Shown piece by piece: positions 38,170-46,062 of a DNA stretch of 55,364 nucleotides. The notes beneath the pieces were generated by a model. That model ran no database searches and was not told where the DNA came from. It saw only the letters and a program-made list of their open reading frames with translations. Numbering within the stretch: position 1 is the stretch's first letter; every line of letters starts with the position of its first letter. Position numbers and translations under genes: made by a program. Origin of the DNA: Elusimicrobiota bacterium (GTDB lineage: Bacteria; CG03); contig JAYEJT010000074.1 of NCBI GenBank assembly GCA_034660675.1, forward strand, positions 1 to 55,364, written 5' to 3'.

Positions 38170-39168
38170 ATGTTAGACAATATCTTTATTCTGGGAGGCG
38201 GTTGCTGGGCAACGGCTGTTGCTTCCGTGCTGAAGGACAGTAAGTCTGTAACCATTTGGGAGATTGATCCTTCCCGCCGCGCTTATTTCAGGGAGCATGG
38301 GCATCCTGAATTTTTTCCTTATGTCAAACTGCACGGCGTGAAATTTGCGGAGGAGTTAACAATTCCCGACGGCACGGATCTTTTGATTGCCGCTGTGCCC
38401 GCCCAGACATTGAGGGCTGCTATTGTTCAAACTTCTTCTTTTGTGAGAAAAAAGCGTTTGCCTGTTCTTGTTCTGAGTAAAGGGATAGAAATCAAATCGC
38501 TAAAAAGCCTGGACGCTGTTTGTTCGGAAATTTTGGGAAGGCGCGTTCCGGTTGCTGTCATGACCGGGCCCTCTCATGCTGAGGAGCTTGCCGTGAAGCA
38601 GCCCACAAGCGTTGTCGTGGCGTCAAAAAACCGCGAGTTTGCGTTAAAAATACAGAAACTTTTTACAAAGCCTTATTTCAGACCGTATTTTCAAAGCGAC
38701 ATCCGCGGCGCGGCCGTGGGCGGCGCGGTTAAAAATGTTATGGCAGTTGCCGCCGGTGTTTGTGACGGTCTTGGGTTGGGGATGAATGCCAAAGCCGCGC
38801 TGCTGACGAGAAGCCTGGCGGAAATGACACGCATAGGGATCTATATGGGTGGTAAGCGTGCCACGTTCAGCGGGCTGTCGGGAGTCGGAGATCTCATCGT
38901 GACGGCTTTTTCCTCACATAGCAGAAACAGGAATCTGGGCGAGGCGCTCGGACGGGGTATGTCGCTTGACCGGGCGAAGAAAAAAGTGAAGACGACAGCC
39001 GAAGGCGCTGAAACGGTGAAGGCTCTCATGAAAATAGCCGCAAAAGGAAAGGTTGCGGCCCCTGTTACAAAAGAGCTTTTTGGTATAATGTACCGCAGCC
39101 GTTCTGCCCGCGAGGCCATAGGGCGGCTTATGGGCAGGTCGGTGAAGAGTGAAAATGAAAAAAATTGA
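38170..39168 (+). CDS. gpsA: NAD(P)H-dependent glycerol-3-phosphate dehydrogenase
   Basis: N-terminal Rossmann motif ILGGGCWATAVA and a GpsA C-terminal domain. The ATG at 38170 is preferred over the tracked TTG at 38164. Confidence 0.9.
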   Translation: MLDNIFILGGGCWATAVASVLKDSKSVTIWEIDPSRRAYFREHGHPEFFPYVKLHGVKFAEELTIPDGTDLLIAAVPAQTLRAAIVQTSSFVRKKRLPVLVLSKGIEIKSLKSLDAVCSEILGRRVPVAVMTGPSHAEELAVKQPTSVVVASKNREFALKIQKLFTKPYFRPYFQSDIRGAAVGGAVKNVMAVAAGVCDGLGLGMNAKAALLTRSLAEMTRIGIYMGGKRATFSGLSGVGDLIVTAFSSHSRNRNLGEALGRGMSLDRAKKKVKTTAEGAETVKALMKIAAKGKVAAPVTKELFGIMYRSRSAREAIGRLMGRSVKSENEKN

Positions 39169-39195
39169 AAGAATGCTGAAGGAGGCTGCTGCGAT

Positions 39196-39471
39196 ATGAA
39201 CAAAATAGATATAATAGAGGCTGTTAGCGACGTGACCTGTGCTAAAAGCGAGGCCAGTGATGCCGTAAATAAAGTTTTTGAAGTGATTGTGGAAGCGCTT
39301 CGCCGTAAAGAAAAAGTTGTGGTACAGAATTTCGGTTCTTTTCATGTGAGATTGAAAAAACCTTATGAAGCCCGCAATCCCAAGACGGGGGAAAAGGTGC
39401 ATGTGCCTCCGAGAAATGTCGTAAAATTTACAATTTCTCCCGGAGTTTTTAATGAAGGAGGGGGGAAATGA
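39196..39471 (+). CDS. hup: DNA-binding protein HU
   Basis: 91 aa with the HU signature (GFGSF.V ... RNPKTGE.V..P) and a GGAGG SD. Confidence 0.9.
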   Translation: MNKIDIIEAVSDVTCAKSEASDAVNKVFEVIVEALRRKEKVVVQNFGSFHVRLKKPYEARNPKTGEKVHVPPRNVVKFTISPGVFNEGGGK

Positions 39472-39713
39472 CAAAGAAAAACAAAATTCTCTCCCCATGC
39501 AGATTCAGGAAATATGACGGCATGATCTGTGTTTTGGGGAATGTTCCCAGAACCATAACCATACAGGATTGCATTGATTGTAATGTGCCGGATGAAGAAA
39601 GGGCCGTTGATAAGAGAGGAATTGAAAGAAGAAAACCTGTGAAAGAACGGAGATTTAAGGGAGGCCGTGCACCCGACCGCAGAAAAAAAGACAGGAGAAA
39701 AAAGGACATATAG
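39468..39713 (+). CDS. Small basic four-Cys (zinc-ribbon-like) protein, translationally coupled to hup
   Basis: 81 aa with Cys at positions 11, 21, 36 and 39 and a C-terminal Arg/Lys-rich tail. Its ATG overlaps the hup stop (AATGA). Confidence 0.35.
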   Translation: MTKKNKILSPCRFRKYDGMICVLGNVPRTITIQDCIDCNVPDEERAVDKRGIERRKPVKERRFKGGRAPDRRKKDRRKKDI

Positions 39714-39724
39714 TCCGGAAAAAA

Positions 39725-40078
39725 ATGCATATCCCCGGAAAGAAATTTTTTACGATAAAAGAGACCAGCGCCATAACGAAGGTGGCGCCGCATGTTTTAA
39801 GATATTGGGAAAAAGAATTTCAGCTTCTTAAACCCGTCCGCCGCGAAAGCGGACAGAGGAGATATACCGCCAATCACATACACGTGATTGAGGATATCAA
39901 GGAACTTCTTTACAGAAAAAAATTTACTATAGCCGGTGCCAAGAAGGAGCTCGGCAAAGCCAGAAAAAAGAATCCGCAGATTGAGTTGCCGATGGAGCAG
40001 AACCCCGCGGCGATAGAGATGCTGAAAAAAGTAAAAACCGAACTGAAGACAATTTTTAAAATGCTGTCTAAGAATTGA
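39725..40078 (+). CDS. MerR-family transcriptional regulator
   Basis: HTH region FTIKETSAITKVAPHVLRYWEKEF followed by a C-terminal coiled coil. Confidence 0.6.
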   Translation: MHIPGKKFFTIKETSAITKVAPHVLRYWEKEFQLLKPVRRESGQRRYTANHIHVIEDIKELLYRKKFTIAGAKKELGKARKKNPQIELPMEQNPAAIEMLKKVKTELKTIFKMLSKN

Positions 40079-40132
40079 CGGCGGTTTTTCGTGATTGAAT
40101 AAAATCCTTTTTTTTGATATTTAAAGGTTTTC

Positions 40133-40187
40133 CGGGGTGTGGCCCAGTTGGCTAGGGCGTCCGCCTCCGGCGGAAGGTCGGCGGTTA
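40133..40187 (+). pseudogene. Truncated tRNA fragment: 5' acceptor plus D-arm identical to the downstream tRNA-Pro, a degenerate anticodon arm, the variable loop and the T-stem 5' half, then a break
   Basis: 40133-40159 is identical to 40436-40462 and aggtcggcggtt is shared. The anticodon arm is 2 nt short, and no T-loop or 3' acceptor follows. Confidence 0.55.
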
Positions 40188-40191
40188 TTAA

Positions 40192-40434
40192 ATGTATTTT
40201 GCTTATGTTTTGAAAAATGAAATCAACGGGAAATATTATCACGGTCATACGGATAATTTGTCCCGTCGGTTATATGAGCATAATGAAGAGAAAAGGCATT
40301 ATGCGGGTGTTCGCGGTCCTTGGAAAATAGTATATTATGAAGAATTTTCCACACGCGCAAAAGCGATGGAAAGAGAAAAGTTTTTTAAAACCGGTTCCGG
40401 CCGCGAATTTTTGAAAAGTATTTTAGGTAAATAA
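40192..40434 (+). CDS. Small standalone GIY-YIG nuclease (COG2827-like)
   Basis: 80 aa. MYFAYVLKNEINGKYYHGHTDNLSRRLYEHN carries the GIY...YIG, R and E motifs. The gene lies exactly between the tRNA fragment and the intact tRNA-Pro. Confidence 0.8.
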   Translation: MYFAYVLKNEINGKYYHGHTDNLSRRLYEHNEEKRHYAGVRGPWKIVYYEEFSTRAKAMEREKFFKTGSGREFLKSILGK

Positions 40435-40435
40435 A

Positions 40436-40509
40436 CGGGGTGTGGCCCAGTTGGCTAGGGCGCTGCGTTCGGGACGCAGAGGTCGGCGGTTCAAGTCCGC
40501 CCACCCCGA
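40436..40509 (+). tRNA. tRNA-Pro (CGG)
   Basis: Acceptor CGGGGTG/CACCCCG, anticodon stem CTGCG/CGCAG with loop TTCGGGA, and T-arm GGCGG-TTCAAGT-CCGCC. Confidence 0.85.
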
Positions 40510-40546
40510 TAATTTCAAACTTGTTACGCGATTTTCAAAATTTTTC

Positions 40547-40570
40547 GGTGAGCAGAGCTCACCTTTCTTT
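40547..40570 (+). terminator. Intrinsic terminator after tRNA-Pro (ggtgagc-aga-gctcacc followed by tttcttt)
   Basis: Hairpin followed by a T-rich tract, read directly. Confidence 0.45.
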
Positions 40571-40799
40571 GAAGAGCCTCTTTTTTTCTCTTTTTTCAAA
40601 TTCACACAACATATTTTACACTACCTAAAAAGTGCCTTAAAGCCGGATTGAAGCCGCCGGAATTTCATCCGGATAACGGTTTTCGTACTAACCGCATGGA
40701 GAAAAAAGGCCGAGGCAAAGCCGTCAGAGCCGGAGTCCGGTACCAGTTCAGTACCAGTCAACGCCGATAAAATTTGCTATAATTAAGTTATGATAAACA

Positions 40800-41960
40800 A
40801 TGTCAAACCCCCTGGTATTCTGTTCCCGCGGATTCTTTTTGAGAGGTGAAAAATTGAATAGAAACCTTTTAATATGGTCGCCGCGTTATAATATCAGCGC
40901 GGAAATTGCCAAAGTTCTCATGGAGATAGAAGCCGCTAAGGCCATAGTTGAAAACACATATCTGCCGCCTTCAACGGAAGAAGAACTGCGTCGCCGGGCC
41001 CGTGTCCGCTCAACGCATTACTCAACGCGGATAGAGGGAAACCGGCTGTCGCTAAAGGAAGCTGAGTCGGTTATTGAAAAAAAGAAAACTTATTTTCATG
41101 GCCGGGAACGCGATGTGAAGGAAGTCAAAAATTACTGGGACGCTCTTCTGAAGGTTGAAAAATGGGCGGCTGACAAGATGGAGCTGACAGAAGATTTGAT
41201 TAAAAGATTGCACGCCGTGGTCGAAAGAGGCAAGCGGGCGAAGGCAACGCCGTATCGTGACGGCCAGAATGTTATACGCGAATCCGGCTCCGGGGCAATA
41301 GTTTATTTGCCGCCCGAAGCTAAAGATGTGCCGAAACTTATGGCTGAGATGCTGCGCTGGGTGCGTAAATCCGAAAAAGAAAATGTGCCCGCGCCGCTAA
41401 TTGCGGCTTTGCTTCATTATCAATTTGTTACAATCCACCCATACTATGACGGCAACGGACGCACGGCGCGCCTTTTGGCAACATTCATTTTGCAAAGGGA
41501 CGGTTACGGGCTTAACGGCTTCTTTTCTATGGAGGAACATCACGCCCGGGATCTGAATCGTTACTATAAATCATTAGCGACTCACAAGCACCACAATTAT
41601 TACGAAGGAAGGGCTGATGTTGAACTGACTTCATGGGTAGCGTATTTTGTATCTCTTTTGGCAAAAGTCTTTATGCTGGCCAGGGATGAAGCTGTCAGTC
41701 TGGCTGAGCAAGGCATAAAACAAGAACCTTCCGAATTAAGGAAGCTTGACCGGCGCGCAAGGCAGGTGTTTGCCCTATTCTCAAAACAGGATAAGATTAC
41801 TGCTCAGGATGTGGCTCATGTTCTTGGATTAACGGCCCGTATGGCGCGCATTCTTCTGCAGAAATGGGTTTCCAACGGATTTCTTGAGGTTGTGGACAAA
41901 TCTAACAGGTCCCGAGCCTATGGCTTATCGGAAATTTACCGGAAATTTGTCGGAAATTAA
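40800..41960 (+). CDS. Fic-family (AMPylation/adenylyltransferase) protein
   Basis: Canonical Fic motif HPYYDGNGRTARLL (HPFx[D/E]GNGR) with a C-terminal winged-helix-like region. The start is uncertain, because the TATAAT at 40778 is 17 nt upstream. Confidence 0.8.
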   Translation: MSNPLVFCSRGFFLRGEKLNRNLLIWSPRYNISAEIAKVLMEIEAAKAIVENTYLPPSTEEELRRRARVRSTHYSTRIEGNRLSLKEAESVIEKKKTYFHGRERDVKEVKNYWDALLKVEKWAADKMELTEDLIKRLHAVVERGKRAKATPYRDGQNVIRESGSGAIVYLPPEAKDVPKLMAEMLRWVRKSEKENVPAPLIAALLHYQFVTIHPYYDGNGRTARLLATFILQRDGYGLNGFFSMEEHHARDLNRYYKSLATHKHHNYYEGRADVELTSWVAYFVSLLAKVFMLARDEAVSLAEQGIKQEPSELRKLDRRARQVFALFSKQDKITAQDVAHVLGLTARMARILLQKWVSNGFLEVVDKSNRSRAYGLSEIYRKFVGN

Positions 41961-42243
41961 TCGTTAACTTTAATAATTTCAAATTTTCAAACAGAGCTTG
42001 TGCATAGACCGGCAAATTCCCAATCCCCGCCTAATCTGCTGCAATTCAGGCATGAAAAATGAACTCAATTTTTCAGATGTACAATGTTGGGTCGCCGAAG
42101 CTGTAGTTAAATAATAATGGCTCTTCCATACAAAATAATATAATTTCTTCAGAGATTGCAGAAGTTTTTGATATTTTTTTGAGGGTTATCAAAATCCGGA
42201 TTTTTAGTTATAATCTAAAAATACACAGAACAGGAGAGAGGCT

Positions 42244-43182
42244 ATGATTGAAATTTTCAAAATAAAAGAAAACGTTTTTGAGCGCCTGGGCGATTATGAA
42301 AAGGACAGCTGGGTTAATGTTGCGGCGCCGGACACAAACGAGATAAAAACTCTCGCCTCAGAATTTGATATTCCCGAAGATTTTCTCACAGACTCTCTTG
42401 ACGCGAACGAAAGAGCCAGAATAGAGACGGAAGGCGGCTGTATGATTATCATTGTGCGGGTGCCGTTCCTCAATGACGAAGATTCGAATATCCCGTTCTC
42501 GACGCTGCCCGTGGGTATCATCCTGCCGAAAGCAGGGAATCGGATAATTACGATATGCAGCAGGAACAACAAGGTTCTGACAGATTTTATAACGGGAAAG
42601 GTGAGGAATCTGCATCTTAAAAACAGGATTGATTTTATTCTGAAAATATTTCTGCGCACGACTCTTCTTTATTTGTTTGATTTGCAGGAGATAAATAAGA
42701 TGACCACGGATATTGAGGAGGAGCTGCACGGGTCAATTAAAAACAGGGAGCTCATAGAACTGCTGAATCTGGAAAAAAGCCTTGTTTATTTTACGACCTC
42801 GCTGAAGTCCAACGATTTGATGATGATGAAGCTGCAGAAAGTGAAGAAAATTTCCCTCAGTGAGGAAGAGGGGGATATGCTGGAAGATATTGTCATAGAC
42901 AACCGCCAGGCCATAGCGATGGCGGATATTTACAGCAACATACTCAGCGGCATGATGGACGCGTTCGCTTCCGTTATTTCAAACAACCTCAACATTGTGA
43001 TGAAATTTCTTACGAGCATTTCCATAATCCTTATGATACCGACTCTGATAGCGAGTTTATACGGTATGAATGTGAAGCTGCCGTTTCAGGCGTCGCCGTA
43101 CGCTTTTCTCATCACAATTATTGTATCTCTGATACTTTCAATCGGGGGAATAAGTTTTTTCATAAGAAGAAAGTGGTTTTAA
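42244..43182 (+). CDS. corA: CorA-family Mg2+/Co2+ transporter
   Basis: Two C-terminal TM helices with the YGMN motif (LYGMNVKLPF). Confidence 0.85.
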   Translation: MIEIFKIKENVFERLGDYEKDSWVNVAAPDTNEIKTLASEFDIPEDFLTDSLDANERARIETEGGCMIIIVRVPFLNDEDSNIPFSTLPVGIILPKAGNRIITICSRNNKVLTDFITGKVRNLHLKNRIDFILKIFLRTTLLYLFDLQEINKMTTDIEEELHGSIKNRELIELLNLEKSLVYFTTSLKSNDLMMMKLQKVKKISLSEEEGDMLEDIVIDNRQAIAMADIYSNILSGMMDAFASVISNNLNIVMKFLTSISIILMIPTLIASLYGMNVKLPFQASPYAFLITIIVSLILSIGGISFFIRRKWF

Positions 43183-43229
43183 ATGCATGAGGCTATTTTA
43201 AAAAACATTAAATTTGTCATTCCGGATTT

Positions 43230-44144
43230 ATGTATGTTGTAGGAATAGACGAAAACGGACTCGGCCCGCGACTTGGAATGTTCTGTGTGACAGCTGCTGT
43301 TTTTGAATGCAGCTCTTATGACAAAAATCTTTTCTGGAAAAACGCTTCCGATGGTGCCGTTGATGACAGCAAAAAAGTGATGGCATCCGGCCGCACGGGG
43401 AAGGGAAGAAGGATAGCCGCCGCGTATCTGGCGCAACTCGGACATTTTCCGGAAACCGACGCGGATTTTATAGAATTTGTTAATCACAGAAGCGCCGGTT
43501 CCCTCAGTAATGATTGCCCCCCGTGTGTAAGAAGCATGTGCAGGGCGGGGCATTCTCCTTTTTGTGAAGACAGCGTTTCAGCCGTTTCGGATAACCTGTT
43601 TTCGCTGCTGAAGGACGCCGGAATAAGATTTGCCGGAGCGGAAAGCGTGTTTCTTTGTCCGAAAGAATTCAACAGGGGGATAGACAGATTTGGTTCCAAA
43701 ATGATGCTGGAGTTTTTTATCATGGAGAAGTTTTTCAGGAAATACGGCGCAGCGGATACCGGAAGAGGGGAGACTCTTTTTATATGCGGAAAACTCGGAG
43801 GTACCAAAAGATACGGCCGGTATTTTGATTATCTCAAAAAATATAGGGTCGCAAATTTGCAGGAGGGCACTGATTCCTTCTATGAATTTGACGGGTTAGG
43901 GAGGATAGAGTTTGTTAAAGACGGCGATGCCCTGCATTTGCCGGTGGCGCTGGCTTCTGTTTTCGGTAAGCTTGTCCGTGAAATATTCATGGACAGTCTC
44001 AACGGATATTTTGGAAATCTTGACAAGAGCCTCCCCGTGGTTTCGGGTTATAACGACCATTTGACCCGTGAGTTTATAGAAAAGACCGTGCCGGTGAGGA
44101 GGGAGCGGGGTATACCGGATATCTGCTTTCTGAGAAAGCGCTGA
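43230..44144 (+). CDS. Divergent RNase HII-like protein with an internal Cys-rich insertion
   Basis: The N-terminus VVGIDENGLGPRLG ... DDSKKV parallels RNase HII motifs GxDEAGRGP and DSK. The C-terminal VALASVFGKLVRE resembles AASIxAKxxRD. There is an insertion of about 130 aa containing CPPCVRSMCRAGHSPFC. Confidence 0.45.
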   Translation: MYVVGIDENGLGPRLGMFCVTAAVFECSSYDKNLFWKNASDGAVDDSKKVMASGRTGKGRRIAAAYLAQLGHFPETDADFIEFVNHRSAGSLSNDCPPCVRSMCRAGHSPFCEDSVSAVSDNLFSLLKDAGIRFAGAESVFLCPKEFNRGIDRFGSKMMLEFFIMEKFFRKYGAADTGRGETLFICGKLGGTKRYGRYFDYLKKYRVANLQEGTDSFYEFDGLGRIEFVKDGDALHLPVALASVFGKLVREIFMDSLNGYFGNLDKSLPVVSGYNDHLTREFIEKTVPVRRERGIPDICFLRKR

Positions 44145-44224
44145 AAAATATTAAGGACGTCCCCTTTTCCTCTTTACACTTCCAACTTTTCAAACTATAA
44201 TAGTACTGAAAGGCCTGAGAAGGG

Positions 44225-44335
44225 TGCCTCTGAATTGGCTGGTCCAATATCGGCAAATCCGTCGTAAGGCGGAGACGCAAAGCCACGGGTCCCGTGCGGG
44301 AGCGGGGGACAGCCGGGTTGCCTGAGGATGGTGCG
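44225..44335 (+). promoter_or_regulatory. c-di-GMP-I (GEMM) riboswitch aptamer
   Basis: GGCAAA-TCCGTC-GTAA-GGCGGA-G-ACGCAAAGCC at 44252-44285 reproduces the GEMM signature: GGCAAA, a 6-bp P1 hairpin with a GNRA loop, then the invariant ACGCAAAGC. A GC-rich second hairpin follows. The element lies in a 230-nt 5' leader. Confidence 0.6.
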
Positions 44336-44339
44336 TCAA

Positions 44340-44370
44340 GGTTCAGTCAGACGAGGCTGAACCTTTTTTT
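44340..44370 (+). terminator. Intrinsic terminator (expression platform of the riboswitch): ggttcag-tcagacgagg-ctgaacc followed by TTTTTTT
   Basis: 7-bp stem and U7 tract read directly, ending 9 nt before the ATG at 44379. Confidence 0.6.
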
Positions 44371-44378
44371 AATTTATT

Positions 44379-45971
44379 ATGAAAAATAGAAAAGAAATTA
44401 CCGGATTGATGCTTACGGCAGCCGCTATTTTTGCGTTCAATTTCTATCTTGAAGCAGAAAAAGGGACGGGCGGCATGCCCGGAGCTTTTTTATCTTACGG
44501 AGCCGGAGCGAGGTCGCTGGCCATGGGTAAGGCCTTTGTCGCCGAAGCTTCCGACGCTTCCGCCACTTACTGGAATCCCGCCGGGCTCGGCAATGTGGAG
44601 AGACAGGAGGCGATGATGCTCCACACAATGCTTTGGGCGGGCACCACTTATGATTTCTTGAGTTATGTGCGGCCGATGACACAGCTCGGGGCGGTGGGTT
44701 TGAGTATGGTCAAAATGACGACCGGCGGTTTTGAAGGGTACGATGTGTATAATGACAAAGCTACCAATTTTAGCGATAATCAGATGGCGGTGACGATGAG
44801 CATGGGAAAAAAATTCATGAAAACTTTGTCTCTCGGAGCTAATTTCAGATATATGACGCACACTCTGGCATGGCACACAAATTCAAGCTTTCTCATTGAT
44901 ATGGGAGGGCTCTACGCTCTGCCGAAAACGCCGAATCTCCGGCTGGGTTTTAATATACAGAATATTTTTGAGAACAAGCTCTCGCCGACGGAAGACAAAA
45001 TGCCGTTGACAATACGCATGGGCGCGGTGTATAAGCAGTTTAAGGACAAGCTCTCCGTAACAACAGATATTGTCAGCATAGCGGGCGTGCCGGATCTGGA
45101 AACTCATTTCGGCGTGGAGTACTGGCTTCTGGATTATTTCGCGTTTCGCGCCGGGATGGACGCTCAGGAAAAGAGTTTCGGGTTTGGCGTAAACTGGCAG
45201 AGTATAGGTTTTGATTACGCCATGTCCATGCATGACCTCGGGCTTTCTCACAGGATGTCTGCGAGTCTCCGTTTCGGTCCTTCCATAGCGGCGAAAAGAA
45301 GGCTTGACGCGCGTCAGGAGTATTTGAAAGCACATGCGGCTTTTGAAAAAGGTTATCTCTCCCGCGGTAAGGATTTTCTGGGCAGAGCCGTTTCGCTGGA
45401 TCCGCAGAACACGGATTACATATATGAATTTGACCGGATAGACGTCATTATCCCCATTTACAGGGAGGCTCCGAAGCCCAGCAAGGAACACGAGCTTTTG
45501 CGCCGTAGCGTGAAAAAATATCTTGACCGCAGAGTTGAACACAGCCTGCAGATACTCCGTTATCTCCTCACGCTGGACCCCGGCAATGCCAAAGTTATCG
45601 CGCTTATACAGGCGGTCAAAAACAAAGAGGGTTTAACCGATCTGGAGCCGGAACTCCCGTCAGGGATGAATCTCGTGGACAAAAACCTCTATGATTCGCT
45701 TAATTATTTTTATGACGGGAAATATGAGCAGGCGCTGAAACTGGCTCAGGATGTTCTGATACTGGAGCCTAATTCGGCGCTGGCATACAAGAGAATAGGG
45801 TCCGCTTTTTTCGCGATAGGAGAAAGGGATAGGGCCGTGGCAAACTGGAAAAAATCCATAGAGCTCGATCCCACAGATGAAAAGCTGCGGCAGTTTGTGT
45901 CAAAGATAGAAAGAGAAGCCTCGGAGGCCGCTCCGACGGAAGGGCTGGATTTTCTGGATAATATGGAGTGA
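44379..45971 (+). CDS. Outer-membrane beta-barrel (FadL/PorV-like N-terminal region) fused to a C-terminal TPR domain
   Basis: Signal peptide. The GAGARSLAMGKAFVAEASDASATYWNPAGLG motif is typical of OMPP1/FadL/PorV-type barrels. The C-terminal 230 aa hold TPR repeats (YEQALKLAQDVLILEPNSALAYKRIGSAFFAIGERDRAVANWKKSIELDP). Confidence 0.55.
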   Translation: MKNRKEITGLMLTAAAIFAFNFYLEAEKGTGGMPGAFLSYGAGARSLAMGKAFVAEASDASATYWNPAGLGNVERQEAMMLHTMLWAGTTYDFLSYVRPMTQLGAVGLSMVKMTTGGFEGYDVYNDKATNFSDNQMAVTMSMGKKFMKTLSLGANFRYMTHTLAWHTNSSFLIDMGGLYALPKTPNLRLGFNIQNIFENKLSPTEDKMPLTIRMGAVYKQFKDKLSVTTDIVSIAGVPDLETHFGVEYWLLDYFAFRAGMDAQEKSFGFGVNWQSIGFDYAMSMHDLGLSHRMSASLRFGPSIAAKRRLDARQEYLKAHAAFEKGYLSRGKDFLGRAVSLDPQNTDYIYEFDRIDVIIPIYREAPKPSKEHELLRRSVKKYLDRRVEHSLQILRYLLTLDPGNAKVIALIQAVKNKEGLTDLEPELPSGMNLVDKNLYDSLNYFYDGKYEQALKLAQDVLILEPNSALAYKRIGSAFFAIGERDRAVANWKKSIELDPTDEKLRQFVSKIEREASEAAPTEGLDFLDNME

Positions 45972-46027
45972 GGGGCCAGAATATCATCTGCCGCACTTTG
46001 GCAAAATGTCAAATCTTAAATGTCTTC

Positions 46028-46057
46028 TTGCTCATCACCGTCTCTAATGTGTATAAT
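46028..46057 (+). promoter_or_regulatory. sigma70-like promoter (-35 TTGCTC 46028-46033, 18-nt spacer, -10 TATAAT 46052-46057) 5 nt upstream of the ATG at 46063
   Basis: Read directly. It shows the same leaderless geometry as the pilM, 13860 and PilZ genes. Confidence 0.45.
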
Positions 46058-46062
46058 ACAAA

